Below are positions 14,138 through 25,490 of a stretch of DNA of 64,000 nt, piece after piece (positions within the stretch are counted from its first letter, which is position 1; each line of letters opens with the position of its first letter). The stretch lies in NCBI GenBank assembly GCA_951406725.2, contig OX597814.1:15252001-15316000 (forward strand), given 5' to 3'. This DNA is from Octopus vulgaris (taxonomy: Eukaryota). A program made the position numbers and the translations under genes. The notes under the pieces are model-generated. The model did not search any database, was not told where the DNA came from, and saw nothing but the letters and a program-made list of their open reading frames with translations.

Positions 14138-14745
14138 AATATTAGGGAGTAAATCCAAACTTACAGGGAAAAATTAGATTTAGGATTAAATCTAATTTTA
14201 TTGTACAAATATATATCATATTAAATTAGAGATAAAACCACTACTAGGCAAATCAAACAGTGAAAATCATAAGCCAATAAATAGAAATAAAATTAATTAA
14301 AAAATATATAAAAAATATAAAATATAAAAATCCAATTAAAATATTTAAATTAAAGTTAACATTTAAAAAAATTATTTAAATTAATAATTTAAACTTATAA
14401 ATTATAAATATATATATATATATTTTTATTATTTTATTTAATTATTTATTTATTTATTTATCTTTTTAAATTCATATTTTTTATTTTATTTTTTTATTTA
14501 AAACCAATTTTTTTTTAATATTTAAAAAAAAATTATATTTTTTATATTTTTATATTTTTATATTTATTTATTTATTTATTTTTTATAAACTATCAAAAAG
14601 TATTAAAAGTTTAATGAGATAAAAAGTAAAAATTGGATTTTTATATTTTATATTTTTTAATTAATTTTATTTCTATGTATTGGCTTATGATTTTCACTGT
14701 TTGATTTGCCTAACAGTGGTTTTATCTCTAATCTAATATATATTA
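14138..14745. repeat. Asymmetric inverted-repeat element in (TA)n
   Basis: Arms about 14210-14337 and 14631-14745; AT-rich spacer; unique left tail 14138-14209. Confidence 0.8.
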
Positions 14746-14749
14746 TATA

Positions 14750-14786
<37 letters not shown>

Positions 14787-14793
14787 AGATATC

Positions 14794-14830
<37 letters not shown>

Positions 14831-15291
14831 GTGAAATAATTACCACGAACGTGATATATTTATCCCTTGTGATTCTAAACCAAATGCATACACTGAGTGA
14901 TGAATTGAAATACATTCTAAAATTAATTCTTAAAAGAATGTGTAACTACCAAATTGGAAGGCATGTAATATAAGAGAGTAACATTGAAAGCATTGTTAAT
15001 TTTAGTTAAAAGTATTAATGCAAGAATTGTTTCGTTCATAAAACCGTGCTTTGTCACGTAGATGTTTATATTCTACTTCAAAAAATTATAACACTTGATA
15101 GAAACCGAAAAAAAAAAAAGGAAAGAGAAATAAAAAAAAAATCAGTGACATCTTTGTTACTCTCGTCGTCAAAAGTTCAGTGAGCCAATGATTAGCCGGT
15201 TGGAAACGTGTGACTAACCACTCAAATGTGAAGCAATGATAATATTGTACTGAATAAAACTACAAAGATAAGATGATTCTTCATAATGCGG

Positions 15292-15354
15292 TCAGTTTAT
15301 GAATGTTGATGAGTCGTACATATATTCAGAAAAGTTTTTACATCTAAATAGAAC
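15292..15354 (-). CDS. Exon VLFRCKNFSEYMYDSSTFIN* (may read on past the TGA)
   Basis: aatatacag|GTT, phase 0, after a 104-nt intron. Confidence 0.5.
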   Translation of the reverse strand, partial: VLFRCKNFSEYMYDSSTFIN

Positions 15355-15458
15355 CTGTATATTATATTTCAAATTTGAGATTCGTCATATCTCAAAGCAA
15401 CACCAGATTTAACAGATTGTATCTCTATTTAAACGGAAGTATTAAGAACTTATCTTAC

Positions 15459-15778
15459 TGAAATCTTTCTGTGGATTTGCAATGAGAGACGCTTCTTCTC
15501 AAAATTTTCTTTCTTGAATACCTCCACATTTATCTTCATAGGAATTTCATATATTAATTCCAACAGCAAAGTGCTTCTAATTGAAGAACACAACCATATT
15601 GGTTGTAAATAAATCATTTTCATACATCTTTCTACAAATTCCATGAACATAAAGCTAAAAGAACATCTTATATCAGATCCCGTATCAGATAATTTTATTC
15701 GCATAACGTGGAAATTAGCAAATACTAAATTGCATTTATAAATTCTTCAACTGGAATCTGATATCTTATATTTATACT
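15459..15778 (-). CDS. Exon, 320 nt, one TGA (15747-15749)
   Basis: ttttgaaag|AG...TCA|gtaaga; phase 1->0; (E)YKYKISDSS*RIYKCNLVFANFHVMRIK...LQIHRKIS. Confidence 0.65.
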
Positions 15779-16043
15779 CTTCAAAACACACATAGCAAAT
15801 GTTATCCGGATAAAATCAACACACAAACACTCATACATACACATATATAAATATGTATATACCTACATATATACATATGAGTTTCAAATAGTATGAAATA
15901 ATTAAGGATTCTATTATATTATTTTATATATTGAATACTAAGTAGCCATCCTTTTTAGTACTAAACCGAAAATGACGTCATTATTATCAATAAATCAAAA
16001 TTTATTGAAATACCGTACAAGTATTCATCTAAGAACGGATTAC

Positions 16044-16104
16044 CTTCATAGAAAGTTAAGATTTGATTGCAACACTACAAATCAACGAACAATTCACCAA
16101 TTCC
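16044..16104 (-). CDS. Exon GIGELFVDL*CCNQILTFYE, one TAG (16075-16077)
   Basis: ttacag|GGA...GAAG|gtaatc; phase 0->1. Confidence 0.65.
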
Positions 16105-16288
16105 CTGTAATTCTTTAATAAAATTATAGGCAAGAGCAACTATTTCATACGGATAGCTTATGGCTAATTAAATTGGCCATTAACTTTTGATCTTGCTCTG
16201 AACTCTGGCACGAGACATCACCCAGTCACTTATTTTAGAAGCATTAATGATTATAAAGAATCTGTCTATTATATAATATATTTCTTAC

Positions 16289-16491
16289 TGAGAGTATATA
16301 CTTCATCAGCACATTGTGAAATTCCTTTCGAAAATTAATTTCTTCAGCTCACTTAACACTGAGCCGAATATATTCATATAGCCACTTATTTCCAAGCAAT
16401 TGCCTGGTCAAATTTATTAACTTTGAAGATATATAGGCATTGTCCATCTCAGTCGGGATACGTTTTATTAATGATGCAATCAATCCCCAAA
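16289..16491 (-). CDS. Exon, 203 nt, one TGA (16349-16351), non-canonical AA acceptor
   Basis: ccttttttttcaa|TT TGG...TCA|gtaaga; phase 1->0; WGLIASLIKRIPTEMDNAYISSKLINLTRQLLGNKWLYEYIRLSVK*AEEINFRKEFHNVLMKYILS. Confidence 0.65.
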
Positions 16492-16572
16492 TTGAAAAAA
16501 AAGGATTAATATGTTATTATTCATAATTTTCTTGCATAAAATCTAATCCTGTTATTTGTTAGCTAGGCATAC

Positions 16573-16640
16573 TTTTTATCTCCGTTTCATATGCAGCATG
16601 TTCGTTGATTAGAGAATCGAAGTGGATACCTCAATCGGTC
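16573..16640 (-). CDS. Exon TD*GIHFDSLINEHAAYETEIK, one TGA (16631-16633)
   Basis: ttgttag|G...AAAA|gtatgc; phase 2->1. Confidence 0.6.
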
Positions 16641-16923
16641 CTAACAACGTGTTATTGATTTGAACTTTATATATGGGGTCCATATAAACAATAACGAATA
16701 GTCATTATTTTCTAGTTGTGTCTGGGGATAGTCATTTTCTTTTTGTGCCTTATAATTTTCTTGTTATCATGATATGACGTTTGTCACGTATGGATTTCTG
16801 CACATAAGCAATAATTAATATTTTCGAGATTAATTTTTAATCTTAACAAATTAATGTCGTATGCAATCTTTATAGCGCTTTGAAAATCCTCCAGAGCATC
16901 TGTCATTATTTATTCATTTAATA

Positions 16924-17307
16924 CAGGGGTTCTCAACTGGGACCCATATAACCCCTATAAGATCTTAAGGGGTCCATATAAGATCTTTGGGGGTCCACCC
17001 AACAAAATATAAATTGGGCATCCACAATAGTATTTTAAGGGCCTCTGAAAAATTTTGCATTAGACGTTTGTTTGGTATGTATTACAATAGGTGAGTTTCT
17101 TTCTCTAACATCTTATATAATTCCACCTGAACAAGGGAATAAGTGAAAAACAAAATAGCATTTTGGATGAAGTGTCTATAAAACTACTTTTTAAACATTG
17201 GATGGCTTTGGAGTGCACCTGTAGAAAATAGTAATCAAAGGGGCTCTACCTGAATACAATAGCAATCAAAGGCTCCATAGTTAAAAAAAAATAGTTGGGA
17301 ACTCCTG
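16924..17307. mobile_element. Non-autonomous hAT (Charlie-like) DNA transposon
   Basis: TIRs CAGGGGTTCTCAAC / GTTGGGAACTCCTG; decayed 8-bp TSD atttaata/atctaaat. Confidence 0.75.
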
Positions 17308-17615
17308 ATCTAAATAGATTAAAGAACATACATTTCTTCATAGTTTAGTGTAGCCGATAAGACATAATGACATATTGCAAGATTACAATACTTATAGACC
17401 GGGTGTGTGCTGAGTGAATCCGCCTAACGCATCAAAGAATCGGGTGTTAGTGAAAACTGTGCAATGAGCTAAATCTCTTACTCAATAACGGCTACTGACC
17501 GACGGAGAACCACTCAGTTCCCATCTGTCCAGTGGTACTCAGGAGACTTAAATTGCCTCCTGGTTCTGTTATCTTTTACTACAGATATAATCGGACTCGG
17601 AGTGCAATCACTTAC

Positions 17616-17680
17616 TTTTTATTTTCTTTTTGATATGGTCAATTCTTTAGAGCGTTTATCTTCCATTCACATCTTTTCAT
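17616..17680 (-). CDS. Exon MKRCEWKINALKN*PYQKENK, one TGA (17639-17641)
   Basis: ttataaag|ATG...AAAAA|gtaagt; phase 0->2. Confidence 0.6.
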
Positions 17681-18091
17681 CTTTATAAATGTTCATATTA
17701 ATTATTATAGAAGTTGAAGGAAACCAGAATCTGTTACGAATTACCATTATTCTTTATTGTTTCTTTATAATTACATCGATAGCTTAACATGAAATTAATA
17801 ACTGAGCTGATATAATCATTTTTATTGGTTTCAGTCCATGCTGGAGCACTACCTTGTAACGAAATTAAATTTCAAAAGTGTACATTTAAAGCAGGTATAT
17901 AACATATTACTATTTCCTTTACAGCACTGGAAGCACATTAAGAAATGATCAAATAACTACTATATTTCAAGGATTATGATTTTGTTTACATTTACAATAT
18001 ATATACAGGAAATAGCCGGTTTAATGGTTTAAGATATATTGCGATAAATAAACATGCTGTACTGAGTGTGAGAAATATAAAATAAATGTGA

Positions 18092-18160
<69 letters not shown>

Positions 18161-18478
18161 TCCGTTTTAATCTACATTAAACTAAGCAGATTTTATTCAG
18201 GTCATATGCTATCTGTTTTGATACGAATAATATTTAAATCAACATTCCCAACTTAAAAATCTAGTATTAATCTCAATCAACATATCGGTTATTAGTATGT
18301 ATTCTCATAGTTCGAAAATTCGTTGATATGAAAAGTTTTAGATACAAATTTAAAATCACGGATTTTATTTTGCGCTAAGTGAGACCTGCTTCAGTAAAAT
18401 TCTGTTCACTCTCTTTATTTTTGTATCCAGGAGTTCACTGTCCAGAATATTCAACTATATACAAAATGCTAATCACAC

Positions 18479-18598
18479 CTTCATACAGGGTGTGGTCCGA
18501 AAAAATGTCTCTAGCTCGTCGAGCGACAAATCAATGGCTACTCTTGGCTCAGGTAATATGATGTTGATATTTATGCCAGTTGCACAAGGCGGACCTAA
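18479..18598 (-). CDS. Exon LGPPCATGININIILPEPRVAIDLSLDELETFFRTTPCMK (may extend to 18386 through a TGA and a TAG)
   Basis: tctgcaag|TTA...AAG|gtgtga; phase 0->0; weak acceptor. Confidence 0.45.
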
Positions 18599-18720
18599 CT
18601 TGCAGATAATTCGTCTTCGGTTAAAACATTGCACAATTTTACATTATCATTATCTGCACGCACTACATCTTCGCAGCTGAATTATACACGAATTAAAAAT
18701 GCTTGACCTGAAAAAATTAC

Positions 18721-18810
18721 CTGGAAGGGACCAAAGTGTTGTTTAACTCGATAGTTATTTTTAATCTTCACAAGTTCAGACACTCAATGATTAAGCACCT
18801 CAGAGACCAT
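18721..18810 (-). CDS. Exon MVSEVLNH*VSELVKIKNNYRVKQHFGPFQ, one TGA (18784-18786)
   Basis: tgttatag|ATG...CAG|gtaatt; 90 nt, phase 0->0. Confidence 0.6.
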
Positions 18811-19569
18811 CTATAACACTTCTAGAATATTTCGACGCAATACTGTGAAATATACCACTTCTATTCTAACCACAATACATTGTATAAATATATATATGGA
18901 AATATAAAAAAAAAAAGCTTCAGTAATATTATTAAAACTATCACTGTTCTGCATTTCAAGAGAGTCAAGAGAGTCAAGAATACGAGCTAACACATAGTGT
19001 GTCTTACCGCTAGCTAGAAAAAAAAATGAGATTTAATTTAAATAGCGAATTACAGTCTTGAATAGGGGCGGGATACAGAAAACAATGTGAATCCCATTGC
19101 TGACCTGACAATAGACAAACAACAATAAAAACATAAAAATATACCTAAAGAAGCTTAAACAGAAATTTAGTTGACGCGTGTGTTTTGTTTTCCCGTTTAC
19201 ACTTCAGTTCTTGTAATTAACAAACCGCATCAACAAGACGGTATTACTTTACGAAAGATTGCGAGAACGAAATCATTTCTGACATCCGTTTATTTTACTG
19301 TTGACGCAGTAGTTTCCTATCGATCGCAAGAATAATCTTTTGCATTAACAGAGAACAAAATAAATCAGAAGTTGTTTTCTTTTCTTTTTTTCGCCTTTTT
19401 CTTATTTGCTTGTAAATGCCTTCTGCTCATTTGTTTTAATATGGTAGTCATTTCCTTGAACTAAGATTGGTGAAACCAATATAATTGGATTATAAACTAC
19501 CAGATAGGAAGCGTCGTATGAGATTAAGAATCTGATCGAACCATTAAAAATACAACGCTTACAACGTAC

Positions 19570-19833
19570 ACATTTACATCTGCAATAATTAGTCTATAAG
19601 TATTTTCCCCAGAAACTGTATAAAATCTTTGACAAATATCAAATACTGTTTAAATATATGGCATGGGACAGACTTGTCAGTGTAAACAAAGTCAGTTTTG
19701 TTTGTGTATCTGTATGCCTGCAGTAATTAGGAGATATCGCCGGTGTCCTCAAACAGTTACGCGATGAAACTACATGCGAATCTTTCTCAATTTGTTTCCA
19801 GTTTGCCTTATGGAAGTTCAAGCTGGAAAGATT
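19570..19833 (-). CDS. Exon, 264 nt, TGA (19639-19641) and TAG (19594-19596)
   Basis: tttttcattttacag|AAT...TGT|gtacgt; phase 0->0; ...HAIYLNSI*YLSKILYSFWGKYL*TNYCRCKC; donor choice uncertain. Confidence 0.55.
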
Positions 19834-20736
19834 CTGTAAAATGAAAAATATATACGAATGAGAAAATATATATGGATGCGAAAAAATATATACTAATGAG
19901 AAGAAAATATCCCATTATAATATATATATATATATATATCCTTATGAAGAGGATGATTAAGTGACGAATGGAAACTAATGTGAATGACAAGTATTCTCGG
20001 ATTTCTGAGAGTGGTGGGAGGAAGAAATGGAATTTATTTTCAGTTGACGATCAGCATGATTGACAGAGACTAAGTGCAGTCCGGTGAAGATACCCGAGGG
20101 TTTAAGAATGGAGGTATGATTTAAAAAAAATGTGGCTGTTATTTCGAGAAATTCGAGCGATCATTTTAGAGCTCCTATTGTTGCCTCATATTAATTTTTT
20201 TTTATCTATACGACTAATGTGCGGAAGGATACATCATTTAGAGCCAGTCGATATGATTTAAGTGACTCTTTTACTTCAGAGTCCCCACTTCCTTCGTTAC
20301 AATTAATTACCAAGCAAAACGAGCTTAAAACGAAATAGGTTACAAGTCTCTAATTATATTCAAAATGTCTGTTGACAAACAGAACGAAAATGCTATTCAT
20401 ACACATGAATAAAACCGAATAATTGTTTCTAATCCTTAAAAGAAAAACAAAAAAAAAGAGCAATAGTAGGCTAATTCCGTCACAGCAACGAAATGCCTTC
20501 CAGGCCAATGAATACAAAGTGGAAGAGATAAAAAAAGAAGAGCGGAATTATACCTATTTGATCCATTGCACAACAGAGATTTATCTTGTCATTGATTAGA
20601 ATCCAAGACGTTTACTTTCAACAATCGACTATGATACGAGTATACGTAATGTAAAGTAATTGATCAATTATATACGCTATTTAATAGCCTCTGTTGTTCA
20701 TTCACTATCTCACTATATATATATATGTGTGCGCAT

Positions 20737-20794
<58 letters not shown>

Positions 20795-21282
20795 GCTGTA
20801 TGGTTGGATGGATATATGTGTATAAATACACGCGCAAACACATTTACAAGCAGATTTAGAAGTCGCTTTTGTATTTGCACAAATTTACTTGATTATATTT
20901 TCATTTCTGTTTCTACATATTTCTAATTATATCTCAGCCATTTTGTTCTGAATATATATTCATTCATACGTACACACACTTGCACAAACACGCACAGAGA
21001 GACACACACTGACACACAGACACACAGACAAGCACACGCACAGATACACACACATATATAACATCCCAGTCGCAGCGGGCATATGTACAACTTTTGAACC
21101 CACCACGCTGGACTACTGCGATATTTAATTCCTGGGGAGAATGTTATGTTTCTTACAACATTCGAATCTCCTATTCATTTGCGATTCTGCTGTAACTGAC
21201 ACTTTCGCTCACAGCTTGCCAGACGTTGGAATGCAACCACTGAGTGCTGTAACGTGGTTCGAGTATAATAAATAGCGTAAAT

Positions 21283-21697
21283 GGTTATCAATGCAGTTTG
21301 CACCCGATATATATTGCAAGCAGGGTAGCGTAACCCTACCATCTTCTAGCGAGTTGACAGGACCGTCAGACCACTCAGTTTCGGGTGCGTCCTCATTGGC
21401 GGACTCCTGTCCGTTAGAGATAGCAATAGTCTGTTCCAGCTCGCAATATATAGGAAAAATAAGTGACAATCAGTCACTGATCTTGCAACAAGCAAAGTAG
21501 CTAGTTAGAAGTAGTAACTATACTCAGAAGGAATGTTTGTCGCCACTTCAATATGGCTATCCCGTACGAACCGAATTACGACCAATTTCAAACTGAAGAG
21601 GACGCCTCCACTTGCTAGTTATCGATGCAGTTTGCATCCTATATATGTTGTAAGCAAGGGAGTGCACTCCTACTATCTTCTAGCGACTTGACAGGAC
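21283..21697. repeat. Diverged direct repeat of about 80 bp with hammerhead-like remnants (old PLE terminus)
   Basis: gttatc(a/g)atgcagtttgca...ttgacaggacc at 21284-21364 and 21618-21698; minus-strand atgaggacgcacccgaaac at about 21378-21396. Confidence 0.45.
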
Positions 21698-22014
21698 CAC
21701 TGTTTTATCTTCAGCAGGTGTTTTCAATTTAAGGTCGCCATTTTCTGGTTGCAGATTTTGTTCACAAAGCAATTTCTAATTTTCTTTTAATTTACATATC
21801 TTCCATCTTTTATCTTTTATTTGCTTCAGTCATTGGACTGACTGCACCCAGACTGGCACACCACTTTGAAGAATTTTCGTCGTACGAATCGACCTCAGCA
21901 CGTAATTTTTGTTCTCTTTTGGTCACTTTTACCAAATCGCTGACGGAACACTCACACATTCAGAAACACGCACGCATACAAACACACACACACTAGCACA
22001 TACATAGATATTGA

Positions 22015-22515
22015 TATCTCACTTTGCGAGGACCCGCTTTACAACACCCCGGTTTTACGAGTTATATTTTTCAAGCACCAGATCACAATTTTTAACGAAG
22101 TGCAAAAGTTTATACTATCATAAGAAATGCATCTGCGTATTACCGAGAAATTTATAGAGAGCGAAAAAAACGAAAAAAAGGCTTCTTCTAAGCAAACAAC
22201 TCTAGATTTGTATTTTAAAGAGAAATCTACAAGTACGTCTACGAGTGCTTGTGAATCGGTGATCGCGTCTACAAGTGATGGTGTATGCGTATCTAATGCG
22301 AGTGAAAAGGTTACAGAAAACGATTATAATATTTTTTTTTATAAATGATCTTGACATTCTTTTACTTTACATAGTTTTTGTTTTTTACATTCTAATGTTG
22401 TTTATTGCAATTTATTTACAAGTATTACAAATTTTATAGGTAAAATATTTTTCTGGGAATGAATTACGGTTAATAACATTGCTACTATGGGAAATTATTG
22501 CTCTGCTTTGTGAGT
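22015..22515 (+). mobile_element. Tigger/pogo-like transposon relic
   Basis: KQTTLDLYFK C-terminal motif; cgcttta/ttttacgag subterminal repeats; tatgggaaattattgct near the end. Confidence 0.5.
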
Positions 22516-22672
22516 ATCATGTAAGGCTGGAGATGGGAGCGATGACTTCCCTTGCAAATAGTATACAGACATAGACTGTGTGTCGGTAGCCAGTTAGAAA
22601 ATATGTTTTCCTGGGGCTTAAACAACAGTAACAATGTCCTTTACGAGACCGTCACATTCTGTTAGCAAATAA

Positions 22673-23004
22673 AGGGGTAAAGACACCCTTCGGTCATGAA
22701 TGATCATGGGATTGCACCTAGAAAGTTACCCTCCTAGACACAAGTCCGGGCACGGTTGTTTATGGAAGACCAGCAGTCGCCCATGCATACCAGCATCCCC
22801 TCTCCACGCCACCAGTGTTATCCAAGGGAAAGTCAAAGGTCGATACAGCTTGGCACCAGTGACGTCGCAACTCATTTCTACAGCTGAGTGAACTGGAGCA
22901 ACGTGAAATAAAGTGCCTTGCTCAAGAACACAACACGCAGCCCGGTCCGGGATTCGAGCTCACAACCTCACGATCGTAAGCTCGACGCTCTAACCACTGA
23001 GCCG
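22673..23004 (-). mobile_element. tRNA-derived SINE, family D, with CORE/Meta-like central domain and TSD
   Basis: Minus strand GGCTCAGTGGTTAGAGCG...GAGCTCGAATCCCG, then GTGTTCTTGAGCAAGGCACTTT; 8-bp TSD gcaaataa. Older copies at about 26630-26878 and 7570-7720. Confidence 0.85.
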
Positions 23005-23024
23005 GCAAATAATCTTTACTATAT

Positions 23025-23202
23025 ATATAAATTACTGGTGAAGGTGGTGTATAGGGTTACCCTGGGTTTCTCGCCATAAATGGCGTATCTTCAGACCCTA
23101 AGACCTGTTGGCATATGGTATCCTAAAACATGGAGGCGGTACCCTTTATGGCGAAAAACCCACGGTATCCCTATAAATCGACATTCACCAGTAATTAATA
23201 TA
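23025..23202. mobile_element. MITE-like foldback element
   Basis: Imperfect TIRs of about 55 bp: aattactggtgaa...cgccataaa / tttatggcg...ttcaccagtaatt; TA-flanked. Confidence 0.65.
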
Positions 23203-23951
23203 GACTGGTCTACTTCTTAGAGTGTGCTTCTTCTCCGGATTTATATTTTACGAAATAAAAAAAATTGAATAAAGGAAATTAAACATTTTCCTTGCTCTGG
23301 TATATATTAAAAATATTTAGAATTTGGTATTTAGATAGTATAATGATCCTATAATTATATACATGTTAAACTGTTCCTACGTCATTTGAAACACGATTAG
23401 CCTTTTCTTTCAATGGCCGTCTACTAAATTCACACCCGCTGGATGGGTTGGCCTAAGACTCGACCAAGGTATCACGCATTCGGATTGAACCTAGAGCCAT
23501 GAGGTTGGGAAGGAACCTCTTACACATAACCACGCCTCACATATAATTTCTATATAAATATATGTATAAACTGTTTCCTATTAGCCACAGTTCAAAGGGT
23601 GCTTTCATCAGAGACATGCTAAACAGATACGCACATATTAGAATGCATACAAATTCTGTATAAAATAAAATTCCTAATATTGACGTTTGTATTTTTACAC
23701 ATATATTTTTTCAATTCGGCTTCAAATTAAGTCTAATTACGTTCTAATAGACTTAGAAACAATTTAAAATGTATTTAATAGGGTCATTATGCTATCTAAA
23801 TATCAAATTCTAAATATTTCATTATATGCCAGAACGAGGAATAAAAAATTTATTTCTTTTATGTGAATGAACATAAAAACGTGTTATTGGATTAAGTAAA
23901 ACTTTGAACTATACAAATGTATATAAATATGCACATAATGTATATACCTAC

Positions 23952-23989
<38 letters not shown>

Positions 23990-23992
<3 letters not shown>

Positions 23993-24500
23993 AGAAAGTT
24001 GGTTTGTGAAAGCACGTGGGTGAATATATAGAAAATAGTAAAGAGTGAAAAAACTACAGAAGGCTTAAATGTTAAAAAATATATATATTTGCGTCAATAT
24101 GTCTGAAGAATATTAGAAAATTAAAAAAAAAATTTTTTTCTCTTATAATGACATAATTTAAAGAAAGACCGGTTTCACGTGTAGCTTTTCAAATTTCTTG
24201 CGACGTTATGTTTATGTTGAATAGAGTTTTCGTTATGTTTATGTTCAGGAGAGTTCTAAATAAGGGAACTTCCCTTATTTAGAACTCTCCTGAACATAAA
24301 CATAACGAAAACTCTATTCAACATAAACATAACGTCGCAAGAAATTTGAAAAGCTACACGTGAAACCGGTCTTTCTTTTAAATTATGTCATTATAAGAGA
24401 AAAAATTTTTAAAAAAATTTTCTAATATTCTTCAGACATATTGACGCAAATATATATATTTTTTAACATTTAAGCCTTCTGTAGTTTTTTCACTCTTTAC

Positions 24501-24506
<6 letters not shown>
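23990..24506. repeat. Near-perfect palindrome (about 237-bp arms, 1-nt centre at 24269) of a PLE-type terminus, with a hammerhead-like motif in each arm
   Basis: ...taagggaa c ttccctta...; motif aagaaat TTGAAAA gctacacgt GAAA CCGGTC tttctt at 24339-24377, mirrored at about 24161-24199. Confidence 0.9.
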
Positions 24507-24540
<34 letters not shown>

Positions 24541-24546
<6 letters not shown>

Positions 24547-24870
24547 ATAGTAATAATAATAAAAAGGGTAAATAATTTTTTCGGTGGTTTTTCAGACAAC
24601 CAACGATTATTTACCGGTAGATTTCGGTATGTAAATATGACCTTTAGCAGCGGGAACTTCTGTGGAGTTCAGTGTATATAGTATATAAGTAAAAGGGCAG
24701 GCAACAGGTTGCTCTGCCGCATACCGAAAGAATTAGAAATAGCAGTCAGAGACTGTTTATTTCCATTTTCTACAAGTGCCCCCACTTGTAGAAAATGGAA
24801 ATATACAGTCTCTGACTGCTATTTCTAATTCTTTCGGTATGCGGCAGTGCAACCTGTTGCCTGCCCTTTT
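24541..24870. repeat. Asymmetric inverted-repeat element in (TA)n
   Basis: Arms 24691-24778 and 24783-24870, 4-nt loop, unique left tail of about 150 bp. Confidence 0.9.
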
Positions 24871-24873
24871 ATA

Positions 24874-24929
<56 letters not shown>

Positions 24930-24931
<2 letters not shown>

Positions 24932-25490
24932 ATGATAAAGGGTGAAATTAATTAATTTAGAAATAATCATTAATTTCACCAAGTAAAGTTCGGCATGTAA
25001 AAGCCCCATTCAAGGAAAGTTTAAGTAATACTAAGTAATTTAGGGTTTAGCAACGATTTGCCTCACCACACACCGAATTTAGAAATAGCAGTCAAAAAGT
25101 TTTGGCTATTCTTTCTACTTAAAAGGGAGATCCCAGTAAAACCAAAGCACTTAAAAAGCAAACGACGCAGGCGAAAGAGACAGAAATGACGAAAATCATT
25201 CTTTATTAAGTCACCTACGGACGTACGTTTCGGAATTAGGTAAGACATAATTATTTAATTTTTATGCACTGCAATGACTTAATTCCGAAACGTACGTCCG
25301 TAGGTGACTTAATATAGAATGATTTTCGTCATTTCTTTCTCTTTTGTCTGCGTCGTTTGCTTTTTAAGTGCTTTGGTTTTACTGGGATCTCCCTTTAAGT
25401 AGAAAGAATAGCCAAAACTTTTTGACTGCTATTTCTAAATTCGGTGTGTGGTGAGGCAAATCGTTGCTAAACCCTTAATTACTTAGTATA
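24930..25490. repeat. Asymmetric inverted-repeat element in (TA)n; inner arm ends carry a hammerhead 3' half
   Basis: Arms about 25028-25238 and 25280-25490; aattccGAAACGTAcgtcc at the inner ends. Confidence 0.9.

Noticed and set aside
18431-18552. Plus-strand exon-like segment ccag|GAG...CAG|gtaata, open frame VHCPEYST...WLLLAQ
   Set aside because: It overlaps the minus-strand exon that fits a nine-exon chain and has no plus-strand partner nearby. An antisense exon is not excluded.
15292-19833. Selenoprotein explanation for the in-frame TGAs
   Set aside because: It does not explain TAG, TAA or the AA acceptor; contexts fit Trp; no SECIS was identified.
20554-20628. Candidate minus exon RLLKVNVLDSNQ*QDKSLLCNGSN (phase 2->2)
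   Set aside because: Splice signals are weak and it does not join the phase-0 exon at 19833 without another exon.
25081-25092. Resemblance of AGAAATAGCA to the Cas9 sgRNA scaffold
   Set aside because: A short match to an engineered junction, inside native repeats.
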